Part shown: one piece after another, positions 1 through 8,659 of the stretch
How the letters are laid out: each line of letters starts with the position of its first letter
Position numbering within the stretch: position 1 is the first letter of the stretch
NCBI GenBank assembly: GCA_021735445.1
Contig: JAIPHA010000005.1
Span: forward strand, 1-63,561
Direction: 5' to 3'
Origin: Candidatus Omnitrophota bacterium
GTDB lineage: Bacteria; Omnitrophota; Gorgyraeia; Duberdicusellales; 4484-171
DNA: 63,561 nucleotides
Program-made: the position numbers and the translations under genes
The notes under the pieces: generated by a model
What the model saw: only the letters and a program-made list of their open reading frames with translations
What the model was told of the DNA's origin: nothing
Database searches by the model: none

Positions 1-60
1 GGATAGAATATGGTATTTTTAGTTAAAATGAGTTAATATAAGTAAAAATAAAGGGTAAAA

Positions 61-789
61 ATGAATAAAAATCAAGTTTTAACCACAAAAGAGCTGGCCG
101 AATATATCAAACTAAATGAAAAAACTATAATAAAGATGGCTCAAACCGGTGAAATACCCGGGGTTAAAGTTGGCAGTCAGTGGAGATTCCATATAGATGC
201 AATTGATAGCTACTTGCAAAATAAAATTATTAAATCTCCTGAAAAAAAACTTAATTCAATTATCAAAGATAAAAGCGCTGTTATTCCGTTATCCCGGTTA
301 GTGGAAAATAAATTGATAGAGCTTGATTTAGGAGTAAGAAAACCAGAAAAGGTCTTATCTAAGTTAACTAATATGGCTGATTCAGCCAATCTGACACATT
401 CGCCTCGATTGCTTTATCAAGAACTTCTTAAAAGAGAAAAAATGCTAAGTACTGCTGTAGGGCAAAAGGTGGCAATCCCCCATCCCAGATATCCTTCCGA
501 TCAATTGTTTAGAGAAAATAAAATAGTAATAGCAATTTCAAAAGAAGGCATTAACTACGATGAGCCCGATAAAGACAAAGTGCATTTATTTTTTATGATT
601 TGTGCTTTAAGTGAGGCAATCCATATTAGATTGTTAGCTATGATCTCAAAACTAATTCGTGAGTCTGGTTCAATAGATAAATTTATAAAAGCTAAAAGCG
701 AAGATGAAATTATACGGTTGTCGCTGGAATTTGAACGAAAAAGTATGTTTTTCAATAACCCCTTAGAGACAACCAATAAATCTGGATAA
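61..789 (+). CDS. Excisionase-like HTH (MerR/HTH_17 type) fused to a PTS EIIA (Fru/Ntr-type) domain
   Basis: N-terminal 'LTTKELAEYIKLNEKTI..MAQTGEIPGVKVGSQWRF' is a typical excisionase-like HTH. C-terminal 'STAVGQKVAIPHPR' is the EIIA phospho-His motif. Confidence 0.85.
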   Translation: MNKNQVLTTKELAEYIKLNEKTIIKMAQTGEIPGVKVGSQWRFHIDAIDSYLQNKIIKSPEKKLNSIIKDKSAVIPLSRLVENKLIELDLGVRKPEKVLSKLTNMADSANLTHSPRLLYQELLKREKMLSTAVGQKVAIPHPRYPSDQLFRENKIVIAISKEGINYDEPDKDKVHLFFMICALSEAIHIRLLAMISKLIRESGSIDKFIKAKSEDEIIRLSLEFERKSMFFNNPLETTNKSG

Positions 790-790
790 G

Positions 791-1111
791 ATGAAAAGAT
801 CTAAATTATTTTTTATAATATGTTTGATCCTGATATTTTCAGTATTTTTTTCTCAATATAATTTTGAAGCCAAAGGATTCTCTTCTCTGAGAACAGAAAA
901 AGAAGGAGAGGAAACGACAATAGAAGAGGATAGTTTTCGAAAAAATATAGATAATTTTTATTCTACTATAGATTTGATTTCTTATTTTAAAATTAGCCTT
1001 TCCCATTTTTCTAGGTATATAGCATTATTCAATCCAGCACTTCAATCCAATCAACTTGCCACTTTTCTAGATATATTATTCAACCATTCACCTCCAAAGA
1101 CTATCAGATAA
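791..1111 (+). CDS. Hypothetical exported or membrane-anchored protein ending in ...FNHSPPKTIR
   Basis: Basic N-terminus followed by a hydrophobic stretch; starts 1 nt after the upstream stop codon. No recognisable domain. Confidence 0.55.
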   Translation: MKRSKLFFIICLILIFSVFFSQYNFEAKGFSSLRTEKEGEETTIEEDSFRKNIDNFYSTIDLISYFKISLSHFSRYIALFNPALQSNQLATFLDILFNHSPPKTIR

Positions 1112-1177
1112 TTTCTTCAAATCGTTTCACATTTTTTAAAGTTAAAAACTAAGATTATATTTAGTGAGGTGATAAAA

Positions 1178-1528
1178 GTGTTAATTATAGTTATGCATAA
1201 TAATAAGGAGTATTTAGAAGAACTTAAGCAATTAGCTAAAAAGGCAAAAATAGAATATTTTCTAATAGCTAAAACAAAAAGTTTAGGAATTTTATTGAAG
1301 GGGTTGACTTCTGATGTAATTTTTTCTCAAAGCAGTAAAATAAATATTTTTAATAAGTCTTTTCTTGCGCTAGTAAAAAATCAAAAAAGGGCTAAATATT
1401 TTTTAAAGATAGTAGAAAGTGATAATTATCTTCAAAGAGTTAATTGGAATCAGAAGGGATTTATTTATCTAGTTCCCTTTGATTACATTAGAAGTTTACA
1501 AACAAAAAAAATATTTAACGGAGGGTAA
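1178..1528 (+). CDS. Hypothetical small protein, possibly P-II-like fold
   Basis: About 116 aa. GTG at 1178 follows GAGG (the track start at 1169 overlaps the RBS). Beta-alpha pattern and C-terminal 'GFIYLVPFD' resemble short P-II-like proteins found beside antiporters. Confidence 0.5.
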   Translation: MLIIVMHNNKEYLEELKQLAKKAKIEYFLIAKTKSLGILLKGLTSDVIFSQSSKINIFNKSFLALVKNQKRAKYFLKIVESDNYLQRVNWNQKGFIYLVPFDYIRSLQTKKIFNGG

Positions 1529-1529
1529 A

Positions 1530-1991
1530 ATGAAATTAGAAAGTTATCTTAGGGAAGATAAAGTTTTGTTAGATTTAAAAGCAGAAAACAAAGAAGAAGC
1601 TATTAAAGAAATCGCCTTAGTCTTAAAAGATTCTAAAGGCGTTTTAGATTTTGATCAATTCTTTACAGATATCCTAGATAGAGAAAAGCTAAAAACTACA
1701 GGTATTGGCAAAGGAATTGCTATTCCGCATGCTCGTAGTGAGTCAGTAGATAGATTTCTAATAGCTTTTGGCCGGGTTAGGCAAGGCATAGATTTTGATT
1801 CACTAGACAATAAACCTACTAAATTAATTTTTTTGATGGGCACACCTAAAAATAAAGAGGTAGGATCATATCTTAAGATACTTGCTTATCTTACTCGTTT
1901 ATTGGATAAAGAATATTTTCGCAATGTACTGCTTGAGGTAGAAAGGCCAAAGGATGTAATTGAAGAGTTTAGGAGAGCAAAAAAATATTAA
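1530..1991 (+). CDS. PTS EIIA (Ntr/Fru-type) domain protein
   Basis: 'REKLKTTGIGKGIAIPHARS' and 'GIDFDSLDNKPTKLIFL' motifs. ATG at 1530 after GGAGGG; the track start at 1479 is an upstream extension. Confidence 0.9.
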   Translation: MKLESYLREDKVLLDLKAENKEEAIKEIALVLKDSKGVLDFDQFFTDILDREKLKTTGIGKGIAIPHARSESVDRFLIAFGRVRQGIDFDSLDNKPTKLIFLMGTPKNKEVGSYLKILAYLTRLLDKEYFRNVLLEVERPKDVIEEFRRAKKY

Positions 1992-2024
1992 TTAAATATA
2001 TAACCATACAGGTAATTTTTAAAG

Positions 2025-3215
2025 ATGAGTTTATTGTTTTTTATCGGCATGGCTTTGGTAGTTGGGTTTATAGGAGCTAAAGTATTTAAAAAGCTCAAAT
2101 TTCCTGCGGTAGTTGGCTATATCGTAGCAGGTATTATTCTTGGCCCGTCTGTTTTAGGAGTTTTTAAGTTAGAGCTTCTGGATGATTTAAGAGGCTTTAG
2201 TGATTTAGCGCTTTCGGTAGTTTCTTTTATTATCGGAAGCCAGATGCGCTTGAGTACATTAAAGAAGATGGGTAAAGGGATTGTAACTATAATTTTGTCT
2301 GAATCCTTCCTTGCTTTCTTTTTGGTTGGAATTGGTGTTTATCTTCTTACCAATAAAATCTATCTTGCTCTTATATTTGCAGCTATCGCCCCGGCTTCAG
2401 CTCCGGCAGGTACTGCAGTTGTGCTTCAAGAGCATAAAGCAAAAGGACCTTTGACTAATACTTTATATGCGGTAGTAGGCCTTGATGATGGTTTGGCGAT
2501 AATTATTTATGCTTTCTCAGCAGCTTTAGTAAAAGTATTTCTTCAGGGCGGAAGCATTTCGCTGCTTGAGGTAGCCAAAGATCCTTTAATTGAGATTCTG
2601 GGTTCAATTATCTTAGGAATATTAATAGGGGTTATATTTGGATATTTTGTAAGAAAGCTACGTTTAAAAGAAGATATATTAGTTGTTTCCTTAGGGGTTA
2701 TTTTAATTGCTAGCGGTATTGCAAAGTATTTTCATCTATCTTTGATTCTTACCAATTTAAGTATTGGAATGGTTTTTGCAAATATATTTTTGTTAGCAAA
2801 CAGAAGGGTTTACCGAGCTCTTGAATCGATAACTAGTCCTATTTATATAATTTTTTTTGTAATTGCAGGAGCCCATTTACAACTTAAATTATTACCGGCG
2901 ATGGGGCTTTTAGGGATTGTATATATTGTTACAAGAATTATTGGGTTATCAGGCGGTGCTTTTTTAGGCGCAACGTTAGCAAAGCAATCACCAGTAATTA
3001 GAAAATATTTAGGCTTTGGAATTCTTTCTCAAGCAGGAGTTGCTATCGGGCTTGCGTTGATGGCAACAAGTGATTTTAGTCAAATGGGCGCAGCTGGGCA
3101 GGAGTTAGCAGTTAAAGTTATAAATACAGTTGCTGCAACAACTATAATTTTTGAGATAATTGGTCCGATTGCGACAAAATTTGCAATTGAGAAAGCTGGT
3201 GAGTCAAAAGTATAA
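2025..3215 (+). CDS. Cation:proton antiporter (CPA2/NapA-like)
   Basis: About 12 hydrophobic segments; 'PAVVGYIVAGIILGPS', 'VVGLDDG' and 'LSQAGVAIGLA' motifs. Confidence 0.9.
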   Translation: MSLLFFIGMALVVGFIGAKVFKKLKFPAVVGYIVAGIILGPSVLGVFKLELLDDLRGFSDLALSVVSFIIGSQMRLSTLKKMGKGIVTIILSESFLAFFLVGIGVYLLTNKIYLALIFAAIAPASAPAGTAVVLQEHKAKGPLTNTLYAVVGLDDGLAIIIYAFSAALVKVFLQGGSISLLEVAKDPLIEILGSIILGILIGVIFGYFVRKLRLKEDILVVSLGVILIASGIAKYFHLSLILTNLSIGMVFANIFLLANRRVYRALESITSPIYIIFFVIAGAHLQLKLLPAMGLLGIVYIVTRIIGLSGGAFLGATLAKQSPVIRKYLGFGILSQAGVAIGLALMATSDFSQMGAAGQELAVKVINTVAATTIIFEIIGPIATKFAIEKAGESKV

Positions 3216-3249
3216 AAATGGAGAGATAATAAAGTTTTTAATTGCCAGG

Positions 3250-3390
3250 AGGGGACGTTTCCCTCGTTTATAAGCCTTTGGCAGTCAATAGGTTATGCAC
3301 CGGGGTTTTCCGCAAAATAGTTTTTCCGGAAAAATACTGTTTTATAACCTCTTGATCTACAGTAAGTTACAACAGAGGGAAACGTCCCCT
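3250..3390. repeat. MITE/REP-like element, family A copy 1 (perfect 16-bp terminal inverted repeats)
   Basis: AGGGGACGTTTCCCTC (3250-3265) and GAGGGAAACGTCCCCT (3375-3390); a homologue lies at 43043-43187. Confidence 0.85.
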
Positions 3391-3411
3391 TTTTTAAAAA
3401 ATGATTAAGTA

Positions 3412-3440
3412 TTGATTCTTAAAATATCTGGCGGTATAAT
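3412..3440 (+). promoter_or_regulatory. Sigma70-type promoter
   Basis: TTGATT (3412-3417), 17-bp spacer, TATAAT (3435-3440). Confidence 0.6.
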
Positions 3441-3510
3441 AATTTTTACGGCAAGGCACAAGTATTTTAGTTTTTTTATCTTTATTTAATTAATTAAAAA
3501 GGAGGTGGTA

Positions 3511-4119
3511 ATGAAAGAACATCTAGATATTGGAAGGTGTTTTAATGATGCTTTAGAAATTTATAAGCAGCATTGGACGATGCTGGTTGTTTTACAGGTA
3601 ATTTTAGGGCTGCTAATAGTCGGAACTTTAGGTATCGTCGCTGGGCCTTTAGTTGCTAGCTATAACCTTGTATTAATTGAGCTGCTTCGTAAAAAAAAGG
3701 ATAATATTGAGATTGCGGATTTATTTGTTTTTTTTAATAGATTTTGGCCGCTGGCCGGTTTATTCTATCTTCAGCTGTTGATAGTGGCAGGAGGCTTTAT
3801 GTTATTTATTATCCCCGGAGTTATTTTTTCGGTAATGCTGCTTTATGTTTTCTATTTTGCTGCCGACAAGGGCGCCTCTCCTAAAGAAGCAATTAAAAAA
3901 AGCTGGAATATTGTATTGGCTAAAGGATTTTGGCCTAATTTTATTATTGGCATTTTAGCCGGAGCAATCATGACGGCAGTGCAGATGATTCCGTTGTTGG
4001 GGTCTATATTAGGGCTTTTTGCGGCGCCTTTTACCGCTTTATTAATTGCATCTGCTTATATACAACAAGTTGATTTAGGCCAGGAACAATTAGAAGAGTT
4101 GAATTTACAAAACGGCTAA
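3511..4119 (+). CDS. Integral membrane protein of unknown function (YciC/DUF975-like architecture)
   Basis: 4-5 TM helices; 'AIKKSWNIV' motif is typical of this group; GGAGGT RBS before ATG 3511. Confidence 0.65.
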   Translation: MKEHLDIGRCFNDALEIYKQHWTMLVVLQVILGLLIVGTLGIVAGPLVASYNLVLIELLRKKKDNIEIADLFVFFNRFWPLAGLFYLQLLIVAGGFMLFIIPGVIFSVMLLYVFYFAADKGASPKEAIKKSWNIVLAKGFWPNFIIGILAGAIMTAVQMIPLLGSILGLFAAPFTALLIASAYIQQVDLGQEQLEELNLQNG

Positions 4120-4138
4120 ACAATGATATAATTTTAAC

Positions 4139-4411
4139 GTGGTTAATAAATTTATCAAAATTGTTTTAACTCTTTCTATTTTTATAGCCAGCATATCCCT
4201 ATTTTATAAATTCATTCTCGAACCTTTCCAAAAAGAAAATAAATTAGATCAATGTTTAAAGAGAGCAGAGGATCTTCATACTAAAAGATGGGATAATTCC
4301 TGTAAAACATTAGGGCAAAAGGCAGGTTGTGGTTTGGATAAAGATACCGCAACTGTCCATCTTCGGGTTTACGAGAGAGAAAAAGAAGAGTGTTATAAAA
4401 AATATAAATAA
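4139..4411 (+). CDS. Hypothetical single-pass membrane protein with 4 Cys
   Basis: GTG start, N-terminal TM segment, soluble part with four Cys. Confidence 0.55.
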   Translation: MVNKFIKIVLTLSIFIASISLFYKFILEPFQKENKLDQCLKRAEDLHTKRWDNSCKTLGQKAGCGLDKDTATVHLRVYEREKEECYKKYK

Positions 4412-4425
4412 AGAGCCGGCTATGT

Positions 4426-4454
4426 TTGAAGCTAAAAGAAAAATGTGATAAAAT
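4426..4454 (+). promoter_or_regulatory. Sigma70-type promoter with extended -10, for the small ORF at 4498
   Basis: TTGAAG (4426-4431), 17-bp spacer, TG-n-TAAAAT (4446-4454). Confidence 0.55.
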
Positions 4455-4497
4455 AAACAATATTAAGGGCAGAAAAATATCAAGGGGGGTGAATCAG

Positions 4498-4599
4498 ATG
4501 GCTAAACAAAAAAGATGCGCTGCTAAGACAAAATCAGGAAAAAAATGCAAGAATAAAGCAGCTGGTAGATCAAAGTTTTGCGCTGTTCACAAAAAATAA
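4498..4599 (+). CDS. 33-aa basic CCCH zinc-finger-like peptide MAKQKRCAAKTKSGKKCKNKAAGRSKFCAVHKK (not in the ORF track)
   Basis: Translated by hand. Strong RBS AAGGGGGGTG, C-x9-C-x10-C-x2-H pattern, own promoter and terminator. Confidence 0.8.
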   Translation: MAKQKRCAAKTKSGKKCKNKAAGRSKFCAVHKK

Positions 4600-4625
4600 T
4601 TATAATAGCTTCTTTTGTCATTTAT

Positions 4626-4655
4626 AAAAAGGGAGGGTGTCTACTCTCCCTTTTT
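4626..4655. terminator. Intrinsic terminator, potentially bidirectional
   Basis: AAAAA-GGGAGGGT-GTCT-ACTCTCCC-TTTTT. Confidence 0.8.
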
Positions 4656-4834
4656 GTGTTTTGGCAAAATCAAACCTCTTGACTAAAAGTTTGGTTTATG
4701 ATAATCTGAAATTGCTTGATTCTTAAGGATTTCTGAAGATTTTATCCAAAAATTTGTTGATTATAAAGCCTAAATTTATAGAAGTTAACGGGTTAAAGGA
4801 ACTCTAAATAATTGTATATTTATCAGGAGGAGAT

Positions 4835-5470
4835 ATGAAAAATAAAATACTTCTTATTTTAATTATATCTGTTTTTATTTTAAACGGTTGCGCTGTAGTT
4901 TTTCAGAAAGGCCGTCGCTCTGATATCGAAAAAATAGAAACTCTTAAAGAGGAGCTCCAAAGCCTAAAACATGCGCGGGAAGTTTTAAAGAGCCGTTTAG
5001 CCGAGGAGTTAAAAGATCAGCAAGTCCGCTTAAACATGGCAGAAAAAGGATTAGTAATTACTTTTGTGGCCGAGGTTCTTTTTAACTCCGGAAAAGCCAA
5101 AATAAGAGAGGACAGCAAACCGATACTTGATAAGGTAGCCAGGATTTTAAAAGAAGAGGTTCCCGATAATAATATCGGGGTAGAAGGCCATACAGATAAT
5201 ATCCCCATAAAACATTCAGGCTGGGATTCAAATTGGGAGCTTTCAGCTCAAAGAGCCTTAAGCGTTTTGTATTATCTAGAAAGTGAAGGAGTTAACCCCA
5301 GGAGGCTTTCTGCGATAGGCCACGGCCCTTATAAACCGGTTGCTTCTAATGATACAGAAAAAGGGCGGCAATTAAACCGGAGGGTAGAGATAGTGATTTT
5401 GCCTAAAGCAATGACCAAGATAGAACCCAAAGACACAGATACTGCTTATCCAGAGGAGGAGCTTAAATGA
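4835..5470 (+). CDS. OmpA/MotB-family peptidoglycan-binding lipoprotein with a coiled coil
   Basis: Lipobox LNGC; 'LFNSGKA', 'VEGHTDNIPI', 'NWELSAQRA' and 'NRRVEIVI' motifs. Confidence 0.85.
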   Translation: MKNKILLILIISVFILNGCAVVFQKGRRSDIEKIETLKEELQSLKHAREVLKSRLAEELKDQQVRLNMAEKGLVITFVAEVLFNSGKAKIREDSKPILDKVARILKEEVPDNNIGVEGHTDNIPIKHSGWDSNWELSAQRALSVLYYLESEGVNPRRLSAIGHGPYKPVASNDTEKGRQLNRRVEIVILPKAMTKIEPKDTDTAYPEEELK

Positions 5471-5850
5471 AAAATAATGTTTGGATAATAAGCTTATTAG
5501 TGGGGCTGGTAGTAGTGTTGGTAATCGGAGGCGTTTCTCTTTTAGTTAAGGTTAACGCTTTATCTAAGGAATATAAACAAGAAACTGCTAAAAATATAAA
5601 TTTAGAAAAGGCGATAGAAGATTTGGAAGAAGAAAAGGAAGACTTGAGAGAAAAAATAGAACAGTTAAATGGACAAAATATTTCCTTAAGCAAAACAGTT
5701 GATGATTTAAAAACAGAAAACAGCCAATTTTCCTCAGAGGTAAAGCAGCTTAAGGAAGAAATTAAAAAGTTGAAAGAAGAGAATGAATCTTTAAAGAAAG
5801 AAGAGCTTGAGGAAGAAAGTTCTAGAAAAGAAAATCCCAAGAAACAGTAG
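5467..5850 (+). CDS. Single-pass membrane coiled-coil protein
   Basis: N-terminal TM helix then a heptad-rich E/K region; ATGA overlap with the upstream gene. Confidence 0.7.
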   Translation: MKNNVWIISLLVGLVVVLVIGGVSLLVKVNALSKEYKQETAKNINLEKAIEDLEEEKEDLREKIEQLNGQNISLSKTVDDLKTENSQFSSEVKQLKEEIKKLKEENESLKKEELEEESSRKENPKKQ

Positions 5851-5883
5851 TTGTTTTCTTGTCGGTATAACTTCGTTTTATAA

Positions 5884-5903
5884 AAAGGGGGCATGAGCCC
5901 CCT
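5884..5903. terminator. GC-rich hairpin (possible terminator)
   Basis: AAGGGGGC-ATGA-GCCCCCTT; the U-tract is weak. Confidence 0.4.
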
Positions 5904-5926
5904 TAAATATTATATGGATAAGTAAG

Positions 5927-6631
5927 ATGGGTTTAATAATTCCCGAACATGTTGCGGTTATAATGGATGGTAATGGGCGATGGGCCAAAGAAAAGGGATT
6001 GTCCCGGACTAAAGGCCATAAACAAGGTTCCAAGCGGGTCAAAGAAGTAGTAAAGGAAGCTAAAAAAAGAGGGATAAAAGTATTGACTATTTTTGCCTTT
6101 TCGACGGAGAATTGGAACAGGCCAAAAAGAGAAATAAATTATCTATTTAGTTATCTTAATGATTTTTTAACCAATTACAAAGCAGAGCTTATCCGAGAGG
6201 CCATAAAGCTTAAAATAATCGGACGCAGAGACAGGCTTGGAAAAAAAGTTATTAACAAAATTAAAGAAGTTGAAACAGCTACTTTAGATAGCGATAAATT
6301 TTTTCTAAATATTGCTATCGATTATGGCGGACGGTGGGACATAGTCAATGCCACTCGAAAGATCATACAGCAGTTTACCGAAAATTCTCTGGAGGAAATA
6401 GATGAAAAAGTTTTTGATAATCATCTTTCTTTATCAGAGTTTAACGACCCGGATATTTTAGTAAGGACTTCCGGCGAAAAGCGGATTAGCAACTTTCTTC
6501 TTTGGCAGACAGCTTATACCGAGTTTTATTTTCCAGAGGTATTGTGGCCTGACTTTAGCAAAGAATGGGTTGGCAAAGTTATTCAGGAATATTCAAGGAG
6601 GGTGAGAAAATTTGGAAAAATTAATGCTTAA
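5927..6631 (+). CDS. uppS: Undecaprenyl diphosphate synthase
   Basis: 'HVAVIMDGNGRWA', 'FSTENWNRP' and 'RTSGEKRISNFLLWQ'. Confidence 0.97.
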   Translation: MGLIIPEHVAVIMDGNGRWAKEKGLSRTKGHKQGSKRVKEVVKEAKKRGIKVLTIFAFSTENWNRPKREINYLFSYLNDFLTNYKAELIREAIKLKIIGRRDRLGKKVINKIKEVETATLDSDKFFLNIAIDYGGRWDIVNATRKIIQQFTENSLEEIDEKVFDNHLSLSEFNDPDILVRTSGEKRISNFLLWQTAYTEFYFPEVLWPDFSKEWVGKVIQEYSRRVRKFGKINA

Positions 6632-7415
6632 AAGATTAATATTTTCTATTATTTTAGCGGTTGTAGCTTTTATCGGGATTACTTCTTATCCGCTTTGCGG
6701 CATATTTGTTTCTCTTTTTATTTTTATAGCATTGTATGAATTTTTTTACATGGTGGAGAAGAAAAAGGTCAGGATGTTTAAGCCGGTTGGCCTGGCAATT
6801 GGGATTTTAATTCCAATTACTATTTATTTTGGGTTTTCAATAAAGGAAGGTTGGCAATTCCTTTTTGTAATTTTAGGCCTGTTTTTATTATTTTTATTAG
6901 AGTTGACCAAAAAGCGGGCCCATCAGCCGATACTTTCTATTTCAGCTACTATTTTCGGAATTTTGTATATTTCCTGGTGTTTTAGTTTCATAATCAGGAT
7001 ACGCCAGTTGCCGGGAGGAGCGTTGCTCTGCGGTTTTTTGGTTTTAGTTACCAAATCATCGGATATTGGAGCTTATCTTTGGGGCAAGAAATTCGGAAAG
7101 ACTTCTTTGATAAAAAAAATAAGTCCTAAAAAAACCCTGGAAGGGACAGCCGGCGGTTTTTTTACGAGTTTAGGAATAGGGTTGATTTACTCCTTATTTA
7201 TCGAAAGCATTAGTTTTTGGGAAAAGTTTTTTTTAATTATAATTTTAGCAATTGTGTCTCAATTGGGGGATCTTTTCGAATCTTTGATTAAAAGAGATTG
7301 CCAAGTAAAAGATTCGGGAAAAATGTTTTTAAGCATGGGAGGAGCTTTAGATGTCATCGATAGTTTAATTTTTGCAGCTCCGACCTTTTATGTCTACATT
7401 ACAATGATGCGCTAA
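6624..7415 (+). CDS. cdsA: Phosphatidate cytidylyltransferase
   Basis: 'SDIGAY..GK.FGK', 'ISPKKTLEG' and 'GDLFESLIKRDCQVKDSG'; probable ATG at 6624. Confidence 0.95.
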   Translation: MLKRLIFSIILAVVAFIGITSYPLCGIFVSLFIFIALYEFFYMVEKKKVRMFKPVGLAIGILIPITIYFGFSIKEGWQFLFVILGLFLLFLLELTKKRAHQPILSISATIFGILYISWCFSFIIRIRQLPGGALLCGFLVLVTKSSDIGAYLWGKKFGKTSLIKKISPKKTLEGTAGGFFTSLGIGLIYSLFIESISFWEKFFLIIILAIVSQLGDLFESLIKRDCQVKDSGKMFLSMGGALDVIDSLIFAAPTFYVYITMMR

Positions 7416-7422
7416 ATAAAAT

Positions 7423-7484
7423 AGATGGCAGATTGCAGATGGCAGATAAGTATCTGCTTAACTCCAATCTCTCATCTGTAATCT
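7423..7484. repeat. Heptamer tandem-repeat hairpin (AGATGGC alphabet)
   Basis: AGAT at 7423/7430/7437/7444; ATCT at 7452, 7467, 7474 and 7481. Confidence 0.7.
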
Positions 7485-7504
7485 AATAATTAAGAGCAAT
7501 ATTT

Positions 7505-8659
7505 ATGAAAAAGAAAGTATTAGTTTTTGGTTCAACAGGTTCAGTTGGTAAAAATAGCCTGGAGATAATTGAGCAAAATAAAAACAAGTTTGAAGTAATT
7601 GGGATTTGCGGCAATAAGAATGTAAATCAACTAATTAAACAGGTCAGAAAGTTTAGGCCTAAATACGTTTGCTTGACAGATCAAGATGCCGCCTGCCAGT
7701 TGAAAAAAAGAACGAAAATAAAGTTTAAGTTATTTAGCGGCAAGCAGGGTTTAGGAGATTTTTCTTCTATAAAATCCGATATCTCAATTATGGCTATCTC
7801 CGGCATAGATTGCCTAAGGCCGTTGCTCATAAACATTGAAAAGAGTAAAAGAATTGCGTTAGCTAATAAAGAAGCAATAGTGGTCGGAGCTAAATTCATT
7901 TTTAGAAAAGCAAAAAAATATAAAACAGAAATTATTCCTGTAGATAGCGAGATCAATGCAATATTTCAATTATTAAAGTTAACTAATTTTAAACAAGAGG
8001 ATCTGGAAAAAATTTATATTACAGCTTCAGGCGGTTCACTCCTAAATTATGATAAAAAGTCTTTAAGCAAGGTTAGCGCGGCTGAAGTATTAAACCACCC
8101 TACTTGGAAAATGGGCAAAAGGATAACTATAGACAGCGCTACTTTAGTAAACAAAGGGTTTGAGGTAGTGGAGGCGCATAATTTTTTTAACATTAGTTAT
8201 GAAAAAATTGAGATACTTTTACACAGGCAATCTTTGGTTCACGCGATGGTTAAATTAAACGATCAAACTTGTTTTAGCTGCCTTTATCCTCCGAATATGA
8301 AAAACCCGATATCTTTTGCGCTTTCTTATCCAAAAAGAGTAAAACGAGCTGTATCAGCCAAAGATAAAAAAAAATATAGTTTGTCTTATCAAGCTGTCCC
8401 CTATCGAAAGTTTCCTCTTTTGCGAATAATCCTGGAAGCCGCGCAGCGGGACGATAATTCTTTAGTTGTTTTAAATGCTTGCGATGAAATAGCCGTCGAT
8501 TATTTTCTAAGGAATAAAATAAGTTTTGTTCAAATTGAGAAAATCCTAAAAAAAATTTTTAAAATCTATCCGGCTAAACAGGTAAAATCAATTAAAGATG
8601 TTTATTTTTGGGATAACTGGGCCAGAAAAAAAACAAAAGAAATATTAGGAGAAAAATGA
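7505..8659 (+). CDS. dxr: 1-deoxy-D-xylulose-5-phosphate reductoisomerase
   Basis: 'GSTGSVG', 'LANKE', 'PVDSE' and 'HPTWKMG..ITIDSAT..NKG.E..EA'. Confidence 0.95.
   Translation: MKKKVLVFGSTGSVGKNSLEIIEQNKNKFEVIGICGNKNVNQLIKQVRKFRPKYVCLTDQDAACQLKKRTKIKFKLFSGKQGLGDFSSIKSDISIMAISGIDCLRPLLINIEKSKRIALANKEAIVVGAKFIFRKAKKYKTEIIPVDSEINAIFQLLKLTNFKQEDLEKIYITASGGSLLNYDKKSLSKVSAAEVLNHPTWKMGKRITIDSATLVNKGFEVVEAHNFFNISYEKIEILLHRQSLVHAMVKLNDQTCFSCLYPPNMKNPISFALSYPKRVKRAVSAKDKKKYSLSYQAVPYRKFPLLRIILEAAQRDDNSLVVLNACDEIAVDYFLRNKISFVQIEKILKKIFKIYPAKQVKSIKDVYFWDNWARKKTKEILGEK

Noticed and set aside
4679-4705. TTGACT...GATAAT promoter for the OmpA/MotB gene
   Set aside because: Spacing is 15 bp or less, which is not canonical.
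5867-5883. ATAACTTCGTTTTATA resembling a loxP arm
   Set aside because: Only a partial single arm with no inverted partner and no recombinase; expected by chance in AT-rich DNA.
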